Assembly (NCBI GenBank): GCA_024626585.2
Contig: JANKJI020000004.1
Span: forward strand, 73,862,077-73,895,566
Direction: 5' to 3'
Origin: Ginkgo biloba
Taxonomy: Eukaryota > Plantae > Ginkgophyta
Length of the DNA stretch: 33,490 nucleotides
The notes beneath the pieces were generated by a model. It ran no database searches, was not told the origin of the DNA, and worked only from the letters and a program-made list of their open reading frames with translations. Each line of letters starts with the position of its first letter. Position 1 is the first letter of the stretch. Both the position numbers and the translations under genes were made by a program. Shown in pieces: positions 25,288-33,490 of this stretch.

Positions 25288-28200
25288 CTGAAACCATCGA
25301 AGAAATGTGTATAAGGAAGCATCAAAGACAACTTTCAGATTAAAGAGGACTGAGCACTCAAACGAATACTTAATTTGGGATGACATCAAGCAGCTTGCTA
25401 ATTCAAAAATTGAACAAGAACATCTAATAATAGTATACAGCCATCAAATAAATTTATTAAAGATGTCTCACCACTGTCAATAGTAGAAAGCTCACAGCTT
25501 AGTAATGGTTCATCCTATAAACTATGAGCCATTTTATAAAANNNNNNNNNNNNNNNNNNNNNNNNNNNNNNNNNNNNNNNNNNNNNNNNNNNNNNNNNNN
25601 NNNNNNNNNNNNNNNNNNNNNNNNNNNNNNNNNNNNNNNNNATCATATTAGTAAGGGTTTTTTTTATTTTTTATTGTGATCTTGGATAAGGTGAAGCGGT
25701 GACAAGATTTTGGGAAGAAGAATCATAATCCTATTGACTAAAATAATATTTATGATCGTTAGTAGTTTTATGGGAACACCTATGAGGAATCTTAAAACAA
25801 CCCCAAGAATAAGAGGAAGAAGAATAACTTCTTGGTGAACCAGGAAGAGCATAATATGTTTGACATTAATGGGAAGTTAGAAATGGACAGATTATTATCC
25901 TTTACTAGTATCAACACATATATCTCTTTTTCCTCCTACAAGAAGCTCTTTGTTAAGAAGCCCTAGGTGAAAGAGTTATCAATCATAGTCATTCTTGATA
26001 ATGGAATCATAAAGAAATTTTCTTCTTCTTATTTGTTTTGTGATATTCATCTTCCTATATGACCTCACCCTTCTCTATACATCCTTATTTAGGTTTACAC
26101 TAGTGGTACTCATAGTTATATGAATTTTGTTTGTATTGTTTGGTTTGTCATGCGGCACTATATACATGATATTATATGTAATGTAGCCATAATGTATTAC
26201 TCTAATTTATTATTATATAGGATATTTTAATTTGATCGACATACCGCATATGATGGATGGACCAACACTTATACTTTAAGAAAACTTGGTAATGCTTATT
26301 GTCTCTATTCTAGACTTGGTTCTATTCAATTGGTCTCCCCTACTAAGACAAAAATATTGCTAAAGAAACTCCTTAATTGACTCTTCTTATTATTAGGACA
26401 TAAGATAGTTTCTTAGGGTTTATATCTAGCATGCACTTAATAACCCCTTTAAGTTCTTCCATATGCTTCTGGCTTTGCTTTTAATGACTAAGATGAAAAG
26501 TTCTGCACAGATTGTTGTTCAGCTTGTTGCCAACTAAAACTTGTACTAAGAATTGAAAATGGGGGTAGCTCACAGTATGATTGACCTGCTGTATATTCTC
26601 TCCAAAATGGTTATCCCTAAGTTCTGGCATTTCTACATACAAAAATTCCCAATAGTTTCAGATATTACTGCAACGGGAGCAAATATCCAAGATCAGCCAA
26701 AGGGTGAAAATATAGCATATGACAATTGCAATTACATATATTCCACAGGCGAGAACATTTCCTGATGTACCAAAGGTTTCAACCTCCTTTGATCAGCTAC
26801 ACGAGATTTGTGGAAGTGAGATCATGAACAACCATGTTCCATCCCTGTATTTTCCAGGAAAATTGACTGCCAAACAACCATCCACAACACTACCTGAAAT
26901 CTTTGTTACCAACCTTCATACAAGCTTTGCATTCATCATTGTCTGCTGGCATCAATTGTTTGGCATGGGGCTTTCTAAAGACTGCACCAATACTTCATCA
27001 TTCCCTCTTACTGGTGTGGGTCAACATGAAATTCTACTAGTCCACAACAGGATGTTTGTGCTTCGTGTTCTGCCAGAAAAAATTCTCTTCATGTGTTCCA
27101 ACAATTGCGTTTTTGTCTACTGCTTGCATTGAAGGTCATTTATTGTAGGACATATTCCCACATTTATTTCCTATCATGTTCATTTTAGAGCTTTACATTA
27201 GTACAAAACAGAGGCAAATTACTGCCATGACAACATTTTCCCATTNNNNNNNNNNNNNNNNNNNNNNNNTTGCCAACTTAATATTCTTTCATGCTACTTG
27301 TATACTCTTTTATTTAGAATTATTTAATAACATATTATAAATATTTTGATTGTATTTTCTTATTATGTAATAATATTTTTGAGAAGGCTTCTATTACTAC
27401 TATTATTTTTTGAGAATATAAATTATACGTTGTCAAGGGTGCTAAAAATGGTAGTGACTTACTTTATCCCAATTACTTCAGCCCAACTATGTTNNNNNNN
27501 NNNNNNNNNNNNNNNNNNNNNNNNNNNNNNNAGTGAAGAGTCTTCTTGTTTCTTGTCAATCCCAGCTCTGATTCTGTTACTGGTGGTCTAATTTATACCG
27601 CTTGTATGATTCATTACATACATTAGAGTTTCTTCTCATGAAGTTTTCCCCATTCTCCTCTATTGTTACCAGTCTTTAGAAACTCAAGAGACACTGTTTA
27701 GTATAGAAGTACGAAATGCAACTTCATACAAAATTTCTAATTTTACAGAAGTCTATGGCACCCATTCTGANNNNNNNNNNNNNNNNNNNNNNNNNNNNNN
27801 NNNNNNNNNNNNNNNNNNNNNNNNNNNNNNNNNNNNNNNNNNNNNNNNNNNNNNNNNNNNNNNNNNNNNNNNNNNNNNNNNNNNNNNNNNNNNNNNNNNN
27901 NNNNNNNNNNNNNNNNNNNNNNNNNNNNNNNNNNNNNNNNNNNNNNNNNNNNNNNNNNNNNNNNNNNNNNNNNNNNNNNNNNNNNNNNNNNNNNNNNNNN
28001 NNNNNNNNNNNNNNNNNNNNNNNNNNNNNNNNNNNNNNNNNNNNNNNNNNNNNNNNNNNNNNNNNNNNNNNNNNNNNNNNNNNNNNNNNNNNNNNNNNNN
28101 NNNNNNNNNNNNNNNNNNNNNNNNNNNNNNNNNNNNNNNNNNNNNNNNNNNNNNNNNNNNNNNNNNNNNNNNNNNNNNNNNNNNNNNNNNNNNNNNNNNN

Positions 28201-30552
28201 NNNNNNNNNNNNNNNNNNNNNNNNNNNNNNNNNNNNNNNNNNNNNNNNNNNNNNNNNNNNNNNNNNNNNNNNNNNNNNNNNNNNNNNNNNNNNNNNNNNN
28301 NNNNNNNNNNNNNNNNNNNNNNNNNNNNNNNNNNNNNNNNNNNNNNNNNNNNNNNNNNNNNNNNNNNNNNNNNNNNNNNNNNNNNNNNNNNNNNNNNNNN
28401 NNNNNNNNNNNNNNNNNNNNNNNNNNNNNNNNNNNNNNNNNNNNNNNNNNNNNNNNNNNNNNNNNNNNNNNNNNNNNNNNNNNNNNNNNNNNNNNNNNNN
28501 NNNNNNNNNNNNNNNNNNNNNNNNNNNNNNNNNNNNNNNNNNNNNNNNNNNNNNNNNNNNNNNNNNNNNNNNNNNNNNNNNNNNNNNNNNNNNNNNNNNN
28601 NNNNNNNNNNNNNNNNNNNNNNNNNNNNNNNNNNNNNNNNNNNNNNNNNNNNNNGAATCTACTTCAACACACACTAGAGAAGATTAATAACTGACAATCC
28701 AATGGAATTTTTTAAACCCAGGAAGTACAAAATTCAAAGACTGACTGTAAGAAGTCGATGAATTTAAGGACATTCTGAATATAGAAAATAAGATAGAAAA
28801 CTCCTAGAAAAAAAAACATGCATATAGTGGTCACAGATAAGAGAAAACAGGACTCGTGAAGACTGAAAAATCTCCTATTCAATGATAATAAGACTAACAT
28901 ACAAGGCGCAACAACAAAGGCTAAAGTTAAGTCAGTAAGAATTACTTACAGAAATTCTAAGTTTTCACAAAACCTTGTTAAAGGTGATAGGGCGTTTATA
29001 TGGCACACATTCATTTAACAAATTATGGGAATACAATATCCTGCAAAAGAGGGCTGCAGCTCATCAATCTCTGGATGTCATCAAGACTGGCTGGGTGCTT
29101 ATACCAAGATTTCTGGTGAAGGGGATGGGAAAAAGAAGTAAGGCATCTGAAGTCATCTGTGGAGTGCACCCTCTACTCAAGAGGTGTTGCCTATGAAGAA
29201 ATACCTCTCCAATAAACGAAGCTAGACATAAGAGTTCAATCCTCTAAGGGCAAGACAAAAAGAGGTGACAAAAGATGAGATTCCATAGGGAGTGTCAAAC
29301 TAATGGCAAGTGAAAATGAACCTGGGCCAATTGAGCTCATGACAATTGTCTATGCAAAAATATGTATTTGACTTGCACTGAATTCTTCCACCGATGCTCA
29401 CGAACATGTATTATCATGAACGTATGAACTATGAACATATTTCCGTTATCACATTACCATATTTCCATTAGCACACAAAGAATTCAACTGAAAAAACAGT
29501 GCTCAGTGAGAACTTCAGTCATGCACTCATCAAAAGAAAAACTGCAAACCTGTGAACAGCAAGAAGATACAAGTAATAATACCATAATGCATAAATTCCC
29601 AACCAACACATTCAATGAGTGACAGCTTGGTTAAAAATTATCTCACTGTCTATACTGATCAATAGAAGACAAAAATCCCCCTTTTTGTCACTACTCACAT
29701 TTACAGGATAAGAAAGCAAGACTTAGTATATAATACACACATGGGAATTCCTTCATGGTATTTAAATGCACATTCATCAAGGTTAGCAATAGACACTCGG
29801 AAAAGATACAAAGGAAATTGTATGCTGAGCCACTCAAACAAGTTATTCTCCAAATGACAATAATCAATCAATTATTATATGGACTATCCCTTCTAGCAGT
29901 CAAAAGCAGTTTTGTAAAAAATGCAAGCAATATATATTCAATACCTATAGAAAGCGAAAGCTCATTCAAGCCATTGCTTCCCTCCATTAAAATAGCGAAC
30001 GATTTCAATAGTTAAAGCCAAAGGAGGCTTAGGATATGAGGATCCAAGCACTGAGCCACAAGCAATGGTGGTAAAATTTCTGAGAACTCTTACAAGATGG
30101 AAACCAACGAAGGAAAGTGGGTTCTTATTAAGAAATGTTTGGTGAAACACTACAAATCAGCATTGCAGGGAATGTGAATTATTTACCTAAGGGGTTGGGT
30201 ATATGAAACATTGAAATCTAGTGGCAATAACTAGAAAACATTTCCTATGATATCTATGCTAGAATAAAAGAATATATGGGGACCACTATCTTTACAATTA
30301 CAAATAGAGAGGTCATGTCAGACTACTGCTGGAAGTTGGTGTCATCTTAACAAACATCACACAACATGTTGAATTAGAGTTTATGCAAAGTAGTATACTT
30401 GTACAACCCTTTGAAATGAAATGATATTACTAAGGATGACATTAGCATGATAGCCGGCAGCATTGTCAACAATAAATAATCAAGCATTGAATAATTTCAA
30501 ATGGATTCATGTCCAGTATAGACAAAATGCGGACAAAGAAGAATTGATGCAA

Positions 30553-30651
30553 ACAAACCATTAGACTTATTAATGGTCAAAAAAGAGCCATTAAAGGTTT
30601 CAATAAATTCTACTGGGCGGATACAAACCATTAGACTGATTAAGGGGTAAA
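30553..30651. repeat. Short imperfect direct repeat (~29 nt, 70-nt spacing)
   Basis: acaaaccattagacttattaatggtcaaa / acaaaccattagactgattaaggggtaaa. Confidence 0.75.
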
Positions 30652-31679
30652 GTATGGGATGGTTCCATCAGCCTAAAGCCAATATAGGTTAATATGGTAA
30701 CAGTAAATAAAGCCATATTTACAGATAAGCAGATTAAGAAACAGGACACCATATTGTTTGAGCGTGCATAGAAGCTCGTGTAATGTATGTCTTTTCCTTG
30801 AATATAATTGGCAACATAAATGTAGTTCTCTAGTTACAGACAACAAGGAGCTCCGACGCTGCAATATTTGTGAGACACTCAACTAATATTCCACTAGAGA
30901 TATGCATGCATAACAACTATATGTCATTTTACAGACTTGTACATTCGAAGGAATATTTCAGTTTTACATGGAAGACTACAATGGGGGCCACAAGGATGTC
31001 AACAAATGACAGCAGCCATACCANNNNNNNNNNNNNNNTCAAGCATGCGTTAGTCTCCTTGGCATTGCATGGGGACCTCTGAAAGGTCCACATGGAGTAT
31101 GTTAAAGCCTGAAACAGGCATCGAAAAATGTCTAAACAGCCTAAAAGAGGCCCAGAAAAATGACCAGAACAAGGAAGACGCCGGCTTCAACATGCAGGGG
31201 ACATAGGAAGACCCATCTGAACTCCCTAGGGTTAGCTAAACCCTCGAGATCAGAGCTGGGTGAAATAAAAGCAATTTCACAGGCTCATATTTGAACTTTT
31301 ATACAGGCTTTTAATTTTTAAGCCTCATTTGCATCATTATCATTTGCATTCTACTTGTTGACTAGCTATTCCCACTCCTATTTTCAGCCTATAGAGACAC
31401 TGAATGTGTCCTGGAGCGATTCGATCCACTATCATTGTCTCAGCCTACTTCCAAGACCTCTGGTCTGCTGTCAAGAGAGGTGTGTCTATTGTTTGGAGGC
31501 TCCAACAGAATTTGTTGCATTCCATATAATGAATTGCAATTGGGTAAGAAAGGTGTACTGGCACTTGGGACAAGTTAGATTTTCCCTTGTTGCAAGGCAA
31601 CAACCCAGAACAGCAACAATAGTATGAATTTCAACCTGCTGAAAGAAGACACTTCCTGAATTGAAAAAGATAAACTGGT

Positions 31680-32209
31680 AAAAAAATGCCAGCCATTTGT
31701 TAATATGCATGAACTTTGAAGTAAGAAGTTTCTTAGTTTTGGCTAGTTTTTTTAAAACAGTTTCTTGTATATTTCTCCATGATTGTAGCTCCAGAAGATT
31801 TGCTCAGACAAAAAACATCAAGCAATTTATGACTTGTTCAAAACCAAGCTAAGAGATAATCCCATCCTTTTCAGGTGGTATTTTATTCTAGTGGTGTGGC
31901 TATTGATGCAGTTTGAATGCAAGAAGACAGGGTCACAGCTAATGCAAGCTACAAAATGGATCATGTGGAACAAAGGTATCCTACATTGGAAGAACAATAA
32001 TTCTGAAGTGATTACTGATCATAAGGCACTGTTGAATTTTCTAGACAAAGAAGATTTAATGAATTGTTCAGACAAAGAAGATTTAAACATCATAGCACTG
32101 TAAATGTACCATGTTATTTGATGAGTTAAAGCATGAACTCATCTATCATGGATGTAAACATGCTTTGTCTAGAATGCCACGGGTTGACCACATTTTGGTG
32201 CTTCAAGGA
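31680..32209 (+). mobile_element. Gypsy RNaseH fragment, degenerate
   Basis: VITDHKALLNFLDKEDL (cf. TDHxSLxxFL) followed by HALSR (cf. ADALSR); internal duplication agacaaagaagatttaa at 32043 and 32070. Confidence 0.6.
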
Positions 32210-32329
32210 NNNNNNNNNNNNNNNNNNNNNNNNNNNNNNNNNNNNNNNNNNNNNNNNNNNNNNNNNNNNNNNNNNNNNNNNNNNNNNNNNNNNNNNNNNN
32301 NNNNNNNNNGCTTAGACGAACTCAGCCAT

Positions 32330-33240
32330 CTAAGGAAATCTCTCTAAGTACCTATGAGAAACAAAATTGAGGTAGAGGAGAGAGAAAACAATGATTTGCG
32401 AGGATCGCCCTACTATGGGGAACACTTGGCTGAAGGAAATTTGTAACAAAAGACAAAAACAAAAATGGCACCCAAGATGGGGTGTTAACAAGGTTAACAG
32501 TGTACTCTCTACTTATTCTTCTTCGTAGGTCCACATTATAACCGATCATAAATTTTACCCATGCGTGCTAGGCCAAGATTATCATATCTTCTTTGTGCTC
32601 TATGGGACGCATGGCAAAATATAATTTTAGTTTTTGCTTCCATTCTTCTGCCCTGTAAACCATCAGAAGCTCCATCAAATTCCGATATATCATTTATTTT
32701 TTTTGTTGGGAGTTATTGTTGTGTATTACATAACTATATTATTATTCTTAGGTGCCCTTGGTCATATCTTTTTTCTTAGCTAAACCAAGTTACTCCCATT
32801 TGTGGGAGGCCTTCTTGTATAATTTAAATTCATCCTCATCCAAGAGGGTCTTCTTGTTCAATAATTTAGTGAGTGGAAAACTTGTGTGAACACCAAAGTT
32901 TGTGGATAATGGATTTAATTCTAATTCACTTACTGTTTTTGTTATTGATTTGCTTGCTATTTCTAAAATAATCTCTCATTCTTACTTCTTCTGATTCTGC
33001 TTCTGCCATTATGCTTGTTGAGACCATTGCACCAATACCACCTAGAGAAACCCTAATGGTTGACTCCTGAATTTAATGCCTGAATGCTTTAAAATATTTG
33101 GTAGAAACCAAGTAATGAATTAATTGTTATGAAATACAATTGCATACAATCATGAGCTAATAGCTTACATAGATATATTATCCTAGGGTTGCCTTGATTA
33201 GGCACCCCTTCATTATAATTTTTCATCTAATACTGATTAT
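32330..33240 (-). mobile_element. Possible degenerate retrotransposon gag/protease remnant
   Basis: Broken minus-strand frames with weak motifs (RWYWCNGL; VPIEH..DMIIL); tentative. Confidence 0.3.
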
Positions 33241-33490
33241 TNNNNNNNNNNNNNNNNNNNNNNNNNNNNNAATCTTCTAATTATGTTCATTACAAGAATT
33301 GTGTCAACAATCCTAACATTGGCCTACTCTCATACTACCCCAAAATAGTGAAAAGGTTTTGCCTTCATAGGACAAGATTACCTAGTAGTCTTTAGTATTT
33401 CTATATCCTTGACTTGTTATTTATTTGTTAGTTAATGTGATTTACTTGTAGTAGTCTTTTCATGTTTGTGTTGGTTGGAATCAGGTTCAT

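Noticed and set aside
27716-28687. Long ORFs of 100-320 aa here and at 11170-11716 and 23881-24519
   Set aside because: Artefacts of translating N-gaps.
31041-31082. KHALVSLALHGDL resembles the missing upstream ARABIDILLO motif ARALANLAAHGDS
   Set aside because: Wrong strand, followed immediately by a stop, no extension of similarity; likely chance.

Overview
Eukaryotic land-plant DNA, probably a large-genome gymnosperm (inferred from the AT-rich, retroelement-filled giant introns), in a heavily gapped short-read-style scaffold. The backbone is the 3' half of an ARABIDILLO-type (F-box/LRR/Armadillo-repeat) gene on the minus strand. Its exons are at 25287-24873, (gap)1987-1799, 1604-1520 and 1361-1188, with canonical GT-AG borders wherever the border is visible. 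The apparent ~22.9 kb intron and the >8 kb upstream intron hold decayed Ty3/gypsy remnants (Tat/Athila-like and chromovirus-like) and a probable copia remnant. Two things stand out. (1) The 25 kb 'exon' is a mosaic: pristine flanks surround a ~155-nt intron-less core with a frameshift, a stop codon and many C>T/G>A changes, which looks like a retrocopy patch. (2) An orphan ~1.4 kb segment (4560-5997) resembles the long intron and conserved alternative (poison) exon of RS-subfamily SR splicing-factor genes and is fused directly to a gypsy gag region. Family-level comparisons are from memory; no searches were run.
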